A stretch of 64,000 bases of DNA from a virus. Position 1 is the first letter of the stretch. Every line of letters begins with the position of its first letter. Below are positions 1 to 7,786 of this stretch, piece by piece. The notes beneath the pieces were generated by a model. It had not been told where the DNA came from, searched no databases, and was given only the letters and a program-made list of their open reading frames with translations. The stretch spans positions 5,810 through 69,809 of the IMG/VR virus record IMGVR_UViG_3300009183_000083. The stretch is one strand, 5' to 3'. The position numbers and the translations under genes were made by a program.

Positions 1-8
1 GCAATTCA

Positions 9-476
9 TTATTTGTGATTTTGAACGTCACAAACTACTGAATAAGAAACCTTTTTCACAACTTTACAGGTTGGTGTACTCATACCACTTCTTGTGTATT
101 TTGCTGCGATTGTGAAATTTAGATTCTCAAATACACTTTCTACTTCAAGTGTGCATTCTGTCATAGGATCACCTTCAGTATCGCAAAACGACTCTTTAGA
201 AAACTTTGGCTCGCCTAAATCCAAACTCATTATCCATTCCATTGATTCTTCACGATTGTCAAATGACTTGCTGTAATGGATGTCTGTACTGCCATAAGCC
301 CACCAACCGCCACCGTACTTCTCACGAAATCTTTTGACAATTGGATCCATTTCAATTAGCAAAACTTCGCGTCTTAAGCTTTCAACTCGATAACTGTTTT
401 CACCGAATAGTTTTCCAAGAGCGTTTAGTGCTTGTTCTACTGTTACTTCTGTTTCGTTTTCGTATTCTGCTGTCAT
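9..476 (-). CDS. hypothetical early protein
   Basis: 155-aa ORF with an A/C-rich leader, in the minus-strand gene run. Confidence 0.7.
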   Translation of the reverse strand: MTAEYENETEVTVEQALNALGKLFGENSYRVESLRREVLLIEMDPIVKRFREKYGGGWWAYGSTDIHYSKSFDNREESMEWIMSLDLGEPKFSKESFCDTEGDPMTECTLEVESVFENLNFTIAAKYTRSGMSTPTCKVVKKVSYSVVCDVQNHK

Positions 477-506
477 GTTTTTGTTTGTATTGATTAAGAC
501 AATTAT

Positions 507-526
507 TTCCCAAGCCCGAAGGGCTT
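507..526 (-). promoter_or_regulatory. CCC-GAA-GGG triloop hairpin, candidate promoter element
   Basis: + strand TTCCC-AAGCCC-GAA-GGGCTT; near-identical copy at 60294-60313 with a compensatory outer pair. Confidence 0.5.
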
Positions 527-543
527 AGATGATTGATATAAAT

Positions 544-582
544 AAAAAAACTCCGACGACTTGACATCGTAAAGCACGGAGG
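544..582 (-). terminator. probable intrinsic terminator
   Basis: minus strand CTCCG...CGGAG stem followed by T7. Confidence 0.5.
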
Positions 583-660
583 TTATTAGTTGATCGGATG
601 CGCTTCTACACCCGCCTGCAATGTCCAGCAGGTCCGTTTGTCTTCTTGGGGAAGATTGTT

Positions 661-885
661 TTAGCGTTTAAGTATTGTAATCTTTTGGATTTTTTCCGCA
701 TTTGCATCAGGGTAATACCTTTGTGCTGCTTCAAGGCACTTTTCTACTGATGACGCGGCGATTACAAACTTATCTCGCTCGTTTGTGCCAATCATAGTTC
801 CAAACCATTCTAATTCTGTTTTTTTAGAATAGCTTTTATTATTTATGATCGGGATATATGCAGGTGTCGTGTCCATAACATTCAT
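661..885 (-). CDS. small hypothetical protein (start uncertain)
   Basis: short ORF co-oriented with its neighbours. Confidence 0.4.
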   Translation of the reverse strand: MNVMDTTPAYIPIINNKSYSKKTELEWFGTMIGTNERDKFVIAASSVEKCLEAAQRYYPDANAEKIQKITILKR

Positions 886-1020
886 TGATGCTTTTTGACA
901 GCTTTTTGTATTTTGTGTTCATTTCCATGATTGCTATTTGTATTAACAATAATGAAAAGCTAGTCACTGAGAATGCTGCGCCTACTATGATTGATGTGCT
1001 CATATTTTTTTGGGCATTAC

Positions 1021-1180
1021 CCCCATTTCTCGCCTCCGGGAAGCTTCTCCGTCAATAGACTCGCTTGTCCACATATCACGAAGCGTGATCAGCGCTTATG
1101 CCAAGGTGGATTTAAAAGGTCTGGCACATTAAAGCTTTTAACCTTATCGCTATCTACGTCTTCGGAGACGAGAAATGGAG
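1021..1180 (-). ncRNA. structured RNA: long closing stem around a pistol-ribozyme-like fold
   Basis: CTCCATTTCTCGTCTCCG pairs with CGGAGGCGAGAAATGGGG; inside are P1 AAGGT/ACCTT, a TTAAA linker, TCCAC/GTGGA, pseudoknot TGTGCCAG/TTGGCATA, GCG and ATCAC/GTGAT. Confidence 0.55.
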
Positions 1181-1211
1181 TGCCAGTATTACGCCTCTGG
1201 CAGTGCGTTTT

Positions 1212-1379
1212 TTAGTACAAATGACCTGCGTACTTGAGTTTTTTCCCTCCTGTGCGTTTGTGTAGCTCTTTACGGGCTTGCTTAATATCTTTGTGGAATT
1301 GAAGCATTTCTTTATGCGCGTTCCACTTTTTTTCTTCGTCTTTGCCGCTTGGCTGAAAGTTGTTTTGAAATTTTTCCAT
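1212..1379 (-). CDS. small basic hypothetical protein (55 aa)
   Basis: translated by hand: MEKFQNNFQPSGKDEEKKWNAHK...; ATCAATC-ATG leader. Confidence 0.55.
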   Translation of the reverse strand: MEKFQNNFQPSGKDEEKKWNAHKEMLQFHKDIKQARKELHKRTGGKKLKYAGHLY

Positions 1380-1397
1380 GATTGATTGTGTTTAGGT

Positions 1398-1448
1398 TTA
1401 GCTACGTTTCCAGTAGCCAGGGACGTAGTAGTAGGTTTCTGTGTGCAT
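1398..1448 (-). CDS. putative 16-aa micropeptide MHTETYYYVPGYWKRS
   Basis: same ATCAATC-ATG leader as the adjacent gene. Confidence 0.3.
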   Translation of the reverse strand: MHTETYYYVPGYWKRS

Positions 1449-1469
1449 GATTGATATGATTGATACGGT

Positions 1470-1512
1470 TAAAAAAAGGGAGCAGGACGCTTAACCGAAG
1501 TCAAGCGCCCTG
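1470..1512 (-). terminator. intrinsic terminator
   Basis: CAGGGCGCTTGAC-TTCG-GTTAAGCGTCCTG hairpin followed by a T-run, just after the 1523 stop. Confidence 0.65.
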
Positions 1513-1522
1513 TGTGTGTGTT

Positions 1523-1966
1523 TTAGAATTCGATTGCGACTTCTTTTGTATTGAAGAAACTATCTAAGTCATTGTAATCAACGTCTTCAGCTGCGACTGT
1601 GGAGATTGGATTAACATAGCTTACTTTTGCTTGTGTACGTCCATTATATTCTTCGTACTCAACTCGTACTGAGCAAGCTTGTCCTACGATGCTTTGCACA
1701 TCTTTGAAGGACTTCAGACCGAACGAAGCTTCTAGCTGTGAAGCCGTGTTTGCTGTACCTGCTAGGCTGGTGCAGTACATATTGTGTGTGACTTGACGCT
1801 CCGCAAGCTCGAGTTCTAGCTCAACGCTTAATTTGCCGTTTCGGTTTCTTGTCATTTGCGCGTTAAGGACACGTGCGCGGTGGTTTCCCGCTTTTAGCAT
1901 TTTGCTAATAGGGGTTAATAACGGTGGGGTTGTTTCAGTCATTGTTTCAGTTTCTGTAGTATTCAT
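1523..1966 (-). CDS. putative OB-fold ssDNA-binding protein (DUF669-like)
   Basis: G.HRARV...IVGQACSVRVEYEEYNG..AKV pattern and acidic tail ending in F. Confidence 0.6.
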   Translation of the reverse strand: MNTTETETMTETTPPLLTPISKMLKAGNHRARVLNAQMTRNRNGKLSVELELELAERQVTHNMYCTSLAGTANTASQLEASFGLKSFKDVQSIVGQACSVRVEYEEYNGRTQAKVSYVNPISTVAAEDVDYNDLDSFFNTKEVAIEF

Positions 1967-2034
1967 ATTTATTAGTTATTAGATTTTGTGAGGTGATCGA
2001 CTTGTGTTGTCGACCACCTTCTTACGTTTATCTC

Positions 2035-3780
2035 TCAAGCGCGAAGCGCTTCTTCAAACGCTCTTGAGAACGCTAATTCGATGCTCAGTGTTCCGGCTTT
2101 GATGGAGCGTAACACCTGACCCTTGCGGGCTTCGCGCTGGCGTTTTGCTTCTACTTTGGGTGACAAGCCGTAGCTCCACGAGTAGCGGCGGCTTGGGGCG
2201 GTTCCCATGGGATGTCCGTTTTTCCATTCGTGGCTGGTTGTTGTCATATCTGGCATTTTGTCAAGCTCTCGGATGATCGGACGCTCTATTTCGTTTGATG
2301 GCGAGTTACACGCTCCGGCGATGATCGCAGGGATCATCTTGGCGTGGTTCTCGCTTGACATGCACATCATTCGATTGGAGTTGTTTGGATACCAGTAGGT
2401 GACGAGGTGGTTAGTTTTGCTGTTACCGACAAACTTGTTCCACATTGTGTTGAGGCGTTTTAGCCTGACTAAATGTTGCTCTAAGTTTTGGATGATTTGG
2501 AGCGTTTTGTCGTCAATTTCTTCTAGCGCTTTCATTTTACGGATGGTCTTTTCCGTTCGCAGAATACCTTTATGGAGGTAGTCGTTGACGAACTGGGAGG
2601 ATTCTAAGTCTCCAAGTGTGATGCCAGCTTCTGATCGTTCAGTTACTGCTGAACAAGCTTGGAATAGCTCCATTTCTTCGTCGTCTTCGCAATATTTGGT
2701 GAAGTCTATGAATGTTTCGTCAGTTTCCCGTTGTGGGAACATTGTCAGGAACTCTTCTTCCTCGTTCATAAACTCAACCACTTCATTGTTTTCATCTGTA
2801 ACTGCCAAGTCGCTGCTTTCGCAGAGTAATTTGTAGTCAAGCTGGGACAGTGTGAGCGGTTTTTCGCCCTCTACAGGCATTTGCGTAAGCTCGTCGTTAC
2901 TGTCCAGCCAGTAACTTGATGGTGTGCATTTTGGGTTTGCTCTCCAGCCAACATATACTACCCACACGCTACCTGACCATATACTGGTGTAGCTTGGGAG
3001 GTATTGGTAGCAGAGTTCTTTTTCTCCATGTGAGTTGGTTTGCTCGAGCATTTCTGCTCCCAACAGTATGTTTAATATTGCTGTGTCACCACCGCGCATT
3101 ACGATGTTAAGTCTAGCCGCTATGTTCTGCATTGCTACGCTTGGGTATTTGTTTAGTTTAGGATTAAACTTTTCAGTTTTAGCTCCTAAATTTACTATTT
3201 TTCCACATGGCAATTTGATTGCGTAGTAGGCTGGTGAGTGACCTCTATCTTCTTGTGGCGGTAGTTCGTGTACTGTTGCGTCAATCCATTTGTATCCTTT
3301 ATCAGTTATCACTTTCTTAGCTATTACTTTTTCGCCGTAATGGCTGGCGTTCTGTAATTTATTTTGTTCTAGTTTCCAAGCCTTGCGGCTTTTAACTTTA
3401 TCGATGGCGTAGACCGCTGCGGACAAGCGGTCTTCAATACTTACTAAGCCTTCTTTCGAGGCGTTGATGAGTTTCTTTTCATCATCTGGCAGAAATCGAC
3501 CGAAGTTTCGGTAGATCATCATCTTTTGTTGCCATACTGCATTTGCTAATGCTCTGCGATCAGCGAATGAACTTAGTTCATCCGCAACTGTTGACATTAT
3601 TGGATCGTTTGAAACTACTTCCAATAGTGGTTTGATTGGGTTTATTAGGGGTTTCGTGAAATTGTTTTGCATTGCTGCAATCAGCTCTTCACGAGCTATC
3701 ATCATATCAAGTGGAGTGGTTTCTGTCACTCCCATTGTTTCTATGCTAGCGTTTGCGTAGGTCGCCACCGAGTTAGTCAT
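2035..3780 (-). CDS. large hypothetical protein
   Basis: 581-aa ORF; no recognised motif. Confidence 0.8.
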   Translation of the reverse strand: MTNSVATYANASIETMGVTETTPLDMMIAREELIAAMQNNFTKPLINPIKPLLEVVSNDPIMSTVADELSSFADRRALANAVWQQKMMIYRNFGRFLPDDEKKLINASKEGLVSIEDRLSAAVYAIDKVKSRKAWKLEQNKLQNASHYGEKVIAKKVITDKGYKWIDATVHELPPQEDRGHSPAYYAIKLPCGKIVNLGAKTEKFNPKLNKYPSVAMQNIAARLNIVMRGGDTAILNILLGAEMLEQTNSHGEKELCYQYLPSYTSIWSGSVWVVYVGWRANPKCTPSSYWLDSNDELTQMPVEGEKPLTLSQLDYKLLCESSDLAVTDENNEVVEFMNEEEEFLTMFPQRETDETFIDFTKYCEDDEEMELFQACSAVTERSEAGITLGDLESSQFVNDYLHKGILRTEKTIRKMKALEEIDDKTLQIIQNLEQHLVRLKRLNTMWNKFVGNSKTNHLVTYWYPNNSNRMMCMSSENHAKMIPAIIAGACNSPSNEIERPIIRELDKMPDMTTTSHEWKNGHPMGTAPSRRYSWSYGLSPKVEAKRQREARKGQVLRSIKAGTLSIELAFSRAFEEALRA

Positions 3781-4015
3781 TAGTTTGTAGTATTTTTTTC
3801 ACTAGCGCGAAGCGCTCAACGCAGAACGGGTCAGCCGTCGTGTTCCACAGCACAATTTGCCGTGGTTGGGCTTCGAACTCGTAATGCTTTGCTTTGGCCA
3901 CAATGGCTTCCATCTCGTTGCGGACCTTGGTGAGGGCTACAACGTTGTTCGGCGCATCAAACGCCATCATGGGGATCTCGTCAGTCGAGTCCCAGCTTGC
4001 TGTAATTACATACAT
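3773..4015 (-). CDS. hypothetical protein
   Basis: 80-aa ORF overlapping the start of the next gene. Confidence 0.65.
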   Translation of the reverse strand: MYVITASWDSTDEIPMMAFDAPNNVVALTKVRNEMEAIVAKAKHYEFEAQPRQIVLWNTTADPFCVERFALVKKILQTND

Positions 4016-4039
4016 ATTTTTGTGTTTTCTATTATTAGT

Positions 4040-4366
4040 TTATTTGGCTTTTTGAGCAAGTTTTTGGATTGTTTCGCAGTGGCATCGTTTTGGCGCACAG
4101 AAGCAGTAGAGCGCAACTTTTTTGCCTTCTGATACTCGCAAGCCGATGCGTGCGATAATCGGTAGGTGTGGGTGAGCGTCCGAAAGCTTCAAATCGTTCT
4201 CGTAAGCATCGCACACTGCATCACGCTGACTTTCGTCGCGCATCCAGTGTGGATTGCCAAGATTAGCGAACACTAGGTCTGTGCGCTTGCACGAGCCTTT
4301 ACGTCCGCAATATAGGTGCAAGTCAGCCTGCACGTTGGCTTCAGATACATGGTGTATGGTGATCAT
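4040..4366 (-). CDS. DUF4326-family protein
   Basis: YCGR...LGNP...RDAVCDAY...LYCFCAPKRCHCETI signature. Confidence 0.8.
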   Translation of the reverse strand: MITIHHVSEANVQADLHLYCGRKGSCKRTDLVFANLGNPHWMRDESQRDAVCDAYENDLKLSDAHPHLPIIARIGLRVSEGKKVALYCFCAPKRCHCETIQKLAQKAK

Positions 4367-4384
4367 TGGATTGTGTGTTGTTTT

Positions 4385-4789
4385 TTAGCCACGGCTAATC
4401 CATTGTCCGGGGCGTGGTTCGTGGTAGCAGCATTCGTTGATGAGAAACAGTGCCACTTCACGTTCTCCAACGTTGTAGGGACGTTCGCGGTCGCTTTGAA
4501 CATCCGTGATGATGCGGGCTTTTGCGAGACAGGCGCGGCGAATCTCTGCGAAGTTGGCTTGCAGGCGTTCGCTTCTTGCGCCTTCAGAGGATATGAATAC
4601 AATGTCTTCCGACGTGTATTCGCTTTTGTTGGCGAGCTCACCCCATGCTAACATGTAGCGATGGGTGGATGAACGTGACGAACCTCTGCCGATGAAGCAG
4701 GTGGCACGGTCAGATTTGGCTTGGTCTTTCGCAAGGTAAGGGCTGCTACCCTGTAATTTTAACCCTCTCAGTTGTTGTATTGTTGTCAT
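4385..4789 (-). CDS. putative SLOG-like (nucleotide-binding) protein
   Basis: FIGRGS..SST, VFISSEGAR and YNVGE motifs; alpha/beta pattern. Family assignment from memory. Confidence 0.45.
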   Translation of the reverse strand: MTTIQQLRGLKLQGSSPYLAKDQAKSDRATCFIGRGSSRSSTHRYMLAWGELANKSEYTSEDIVFISSEGARSERLQANFAEIRRACLAKARIITDVQSDRERPYNVGEREVALFLINECCYHEPRPGQWISRG

Positions 4790-4790
4790 A

Positions 4791-5150
4791 TTAGTGTTGG
4801 TCTATTTCTTGAATTTGTTGTTTGATTTCATTGCATCGATCTTTTAATCCAGACAGATCCAATTCTAATTCATTTGTTTTTTTTATTCCCAGTTGGTACA
4901 CCGTGTCCCCATAATCGTCGTATATGAACTCGCTTAACTGTTCAGCTTCTGTTTCTAATGCAAACAGTTGGTTTTCAAGTTCTCTGATATCAGTTTCTTT
5001 TGGTTCCTCGATCATGAACTCTAGCTTGCTTTGAGCTAGTTTTGCTGCTTTTAAGTAAGCAGTATTCCTGTCGTCTGCCCAGATTTCCATGATTTCTACA
5101 GTTGCTTTTCCATACTGCACTTTTATCCAATATTGGTTTGTTTTTAACAT
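4791..5150 (-). CDS. hypothetical coiled-coil protein
   Basis: 119-aa ORF with heptad E/Q/L-rich C-terminus. Confidence 0.65.
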   Translation of the reverse strand: MLKTNQYWIKVQYGKATVEIMEIWADDRNTAYLKAAKLAQSKLEFMIEEPKETDIRELENQLFALETEAEQLSEFIYDDYGDTVYQLGIKKTNELELDLSGLKDRCNEIKQQIQEIDQH

Positions 5151-5230
5151 ATCATTAGTTTATTTAGCCACTCTACGCGTGTTGGCATTACGCTCTTGAC
5201 TACCTAGTCAAAAAAGCTTTATCTGTCGTC

Positions 5231-5737
5231 ATGCATGACAACTCACCACAGCCTGAACAGGCTCATCCATACATTTTGCTTCCCAATAAGCTCGCTAAAG
5301 CTACACCTCAGCAATGGGCGCAAATGCAAGCCTTAGCCGAAGCTGGTGTCCCATACCCAGAAATCGCAGCAGACTTCCCTGTAGGCGTTGACTCCATTCG
5401 CAAACGCTCAACCGAACGCCAATGGGTTACCCCCGCTCGTCTCCTCAAGGCAGCTAAGGGACAGCTCTCCGCAGACGATCCTGCAACTCTTGTAGCTAAT
5501 CTTTGGAAGGAACGAGGCGAACAATCAAGGGAGGACATCTACCAAGGCGCTCACAAGGCTTTACAACGCTTCTTCGCCTTAGCTCCTGTCCCTCAATCAT
5601 TTAACGAAGCAGCAACCGCCGCTAAATTACTGAAAGAGGCTATAACTCCCGTATCTCTTAACGAAAACAACTCAAACCTCTCAGTAACTATCTTAGCTAA
5701 CTCAGGTTTCTGTCCCAAACCCGCTATTGACGTTTAG
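5231..5737 (+). CDS. HTH protein, candidate terminase small subunit
   Basis: N-terminal W..M..L.EAG.PY.EIAADF.V..DSIRKR...QW HTH and helical body; TTGACT-like -35 at 5196. Confidence 0.55.
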   Translation: MHDNSPQPEQAHPYILLPNKLAKATPQQWAQMQALAEAGVPYPEIAADFPVGVDSIRKRSTERQWVTPARLLKAAKGQLSADDPATLVANLWKERGEQSREDIYQGAHKALQRFFALAPVPQSFNEAATAAKLLKEAITPVSLNENNSNLSVTILANSGFCPKPAIDV

Positions 5738-6151
5738 CCAATCTCTAATTTGACAAACCTCTAATCTACACCCAACCCCAATATGCACCCCAAATGCCAC
5801 CCACTAGTACCCACTTGTCTTTCCCATGTGAAGAACAAATCGAATAACTAGGGGGGTATTAGGGGGGATTGGGTTAGAGTTTGTAAAGAAAAATCGCAAT
5901 AAAGTTATAATTAGATGTAACTTGTTTGGATTTAGGTTGTTAAGAGAGTGAATTATTAACTACTAACAAGTGATGATAACCCGAAGGGTTACCTGTTAGC
6001 AGATAAAGTTCAAAAAGCCCGCCTCCTTTAGGCCCAGGCATGATTGATAAATGTAAAAAGCAAGGGGTTTATTAAGTGGAATAAGGAAGGGAGTTAACCC
6101 CCACCCCTAAGCCCACCGCTGGGTGACGGTGAGCTATGGGGTAGTGTTAAT

Positions 6152-6328
6152 CTAGGTTGGTTTGTAATGTTTAAAGAGATGATCGTAAGACACCTCTATA
6201 AACTTTCCGAATGGGAATCGAATGGTAGCCTTGTCTCGGCTAAGGTGGGCAATGTACCCCGATCCCCCAGCAATTCTGGAGACACGATATCCTACTTTGA
6301 TGTTTCTCCATTGTTTTGGAGTGATCAT
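6152..6328 (-). CDS. small SH3/KOW-like protein (58 aa)
   Basis: translated by hand: MITPKQWRNIKVGYRV...G.G.I...ATIRF; ATGA overlap with the upstream gene. Confidence 0.55.
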   Translation of the reverse strand: MITPKQWRNIKVGYRVSRIAGGSGYIAHLSRDKATIRFPFGKFIEVSYDHLFKHYKPT

Positions 6329-6483
6329 GGAAAGAAAGTCCTTTCAATAGTCGTGCCATCTCCTCGCATTCCTGTGTCAGCCCACGCCATAAGGCGCAGA
6401 GCTGCGATTATGGCTGCTGCAAACAAGCAGAGCCATATGATTTTGAGCATAACCTGCCACAGTTCATACATAACTTCTTTCAT
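6325..6483 (-). CDS. small membrane protein (52 aa)
   Basis: translated by hand: MKEVMYELWQVMLKIIWLCLFAAAIIAALRLMAW... Confidence 0.55.
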   Translation of the reverse strand: MKEVMYELWQVMLKIIWLCLFAAAIIAALRLMAWADTGMRGDGTTIERTFFP

Positions 6484-6527
6484 ATCTTAAAAGCCAGCGT
6501 TGGTTCACGGCTGGTGCGTGTCATCAG

Positions 6528-6585
6528 AATCCCCGATGAGCCGGGCTAGCGCCCTGAGTTGCCCCAGAGCGCCCGGTGAGGGATT
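6528..6585 (-). repeat. bulged stem-loop, copy 1
   Basis: AATCCC-TC-[stem]-CATC-GGGGATT immediately after a stop codon. Confidence 0.6.
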
Positions 6586-6828
6586 TTATACTACCTCTAG
6601 TTCCATGTAGGACACCGCGATTTTGGTGCCTTTGGTCTTGAATGAGAAGAAGCGCTGAGTGCCATCCTCGTCGTGCTTGGCAAGCATCGGGCAAGCCTTA
6701 ATGTTAAGGTCAGGCTCCCAGCCTTCCAGTTTCAGTTCTTTCCATACGGCCGCCGCCGCGTCGCGCCCCATGTGTTTGGTGATGGACTTAGTGGCGATGT
6801 GCTTGGCGATTGTGTTTTTTGTTGTCAT
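6586..6828 (-). CDS. hypothetical early protein
   Basis: 80-aa ORF with ACACAACT-ATG leader. Confidence 0.7.
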   Translation of the reverse strand: MTTKNTIAKHIATKSITKHMGRDAAAAVWKELKLEGWEPDLNIKACPMLAKHDEDGTQRFFSFKTKGTKIAVSYMELEVV

Positions 6829-6880
6829 AGTTGTGTATTCTAAATCGGGCGGTGTAGCCCTTGTTCATCATCGTGCAGCG

Positions 6881-6940
6881 ATTTCCCCGATGGGCTCAGG
6901 ACTTACGCATGGTCTAGCCATGCTGCCCGAGCGAGGGATT
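6881..6940 (-). repeat. bulged stem-loop, copy 2
   Basis: AATCCC-TC-GCTCGG...CTGAGC-CCATC-GGGGAAAT immediately after a stop codon. Confidence 0.6.
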
Positions 6941-6941
6941 A

Positions 6942-7151
6942 CTAACCTTTGGCGAATGTCAGCATGTAGCTCCCATCTGCCTGCATCTTCTCCTCTTGGA
7001 GAAGAGATCCAACCGCAATGAATCCTTTGGCTTCATCTGGCAAGCTGTAGCAAGGATTACCATTCCAAACAGGCATTGTCCTGCCATCGTCCAGAACAAT
7101 GCCATAAACGTGTTCATCAAAATCTTTGATAATGTTTACAATCTTAGTCAT
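6942..7151 (-). CDS. hypothetical early protein (start reassigned to MTKIV)
   Basis: the upstream part of the 6942-7256 ORF is structured RNA; the ATG at 7151 has an A/C-rich leader. Confidence 0.65.
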   Translation of the reverse strand: MTKIVNIIKDFDEHVYGIVLDDGRTMPVWNGNPCYSLPDEAKGFIAVGSLLQEEKMQADGSYMLTFAKG

Positions 7152-7257
7152 ATTCGTGTGTCTTTCTATTCGTCTGCACTCCCCGGCAGGATTCTGGGTT
7201 GGGCAGCAAGAGCGCTGCCAAAGCAGTTGGTTTAGTCCAACTAAAGACACAGACATG

Positions 7258-7316
7258 AAACACCACTCTGCATTTACACGGGCTTGTGACCGTCATTGGC
7301 TGCATTAGTGGCTGTT
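7258..7316 (-). ncRNA. twister self-cleaving ribozyme (type P1)
   Basis: CAC-UAA-UGCA-GCC-AAU-GACGG-UCAC-AA-GCC-CGU-GUAAA-UGCA-GAGUG-GUG aligns with the twister consensus: P1 CAC/GUG, P2 UGCA/UGCA, pseudoknot CAC/GUG; predicted cut between U7307 and A7306. Confidence 0.9.
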
Positions 7317-7342
7317 GATGACCCGGTCAGCTCCGGGGCGAA

Positions 7343-7618
7343 TCAAGACCAGTCGCGCACCGACTCGATGAGCCAGTCTTGATGCTCAGCAAGTTGTTCT
7401 TGCTGTTGTTGCGGAGTCAAGGGATCTTCGTCCTCCATATCGCTATAGTACTCCTCTTGGAGCATCCAGCCGACAAGGAAGGCTTCGAAGGATGCCTCTG
7501 GCATCCCTGTGAATGAGAAGCGCCAGCGCGCTATCGCAACCTTGTGCTCCCATGCCCAATCAGCATAGAAGCACAAAGCTTTCTCACACACAGCGAATGC
7601 ATTTGGATACGTTGTCAT
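7343..7618 (-). CDS. hypothetical early protein
   Basis: 91-aa ORF with acidic C-terminus. Confidence 0.65.
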   Translation of the reverse strand: MTTYPNAFAVCEKALCFYADWAWEHKVAIARWRFSFTGMPEASFEAFLVGWMLQEEYYSDMEDEDPLTPQQQQEQLAEHQDWLIESVRDWS

Positions 7619-7734
7619 GGTCGTGTGCGGGCTTTGACCCGTCTCGCCCTGATTGTTACGCCGGGATCACGCTCGATAGCCTGTCCTTTCGGGGCAGTCG
7701 CCATCTGAGGACCATGACTGATCCAATGTCCTAT

Positions 7735-7775
7735 CTTCCCAGACAGGGCTCAGCGACACGCCGAGCGGTGGGAAG
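7735..7775 (-). repeat. bulged stem-loop, copy 3
   Basis: CTTCCCA-CC-GCTCGGCG...CGCTGAGC-CCTGTC-TGGGAAG. Confidence 0.5.
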
Positions 7776-7786
7776 CCCCTAAGGGG

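Noticed and set aside
6500-6530. CUGAUGA followed by a stem, suggesting a hammerhead ribozyme
   Set aside because: the stem is followed by AAC/GAAC, not a correctly placed GAAA, and there is no stem I/III with NUH; a pseudoknot explains it better
7626-7642. GGGUCAAAGCCC resembling a second twister core
   Set aside because: no upstream UAA/P2/GCC or downstream GAG elements; it is a simple hairpin
6167-7782. plus-strand ORFs 6167-6490, 6659-7021, 6996-7235 and 7513-7782
   Set aside because: antisense shadows of better minus-strand genes and structured RNA in a GC-richer region
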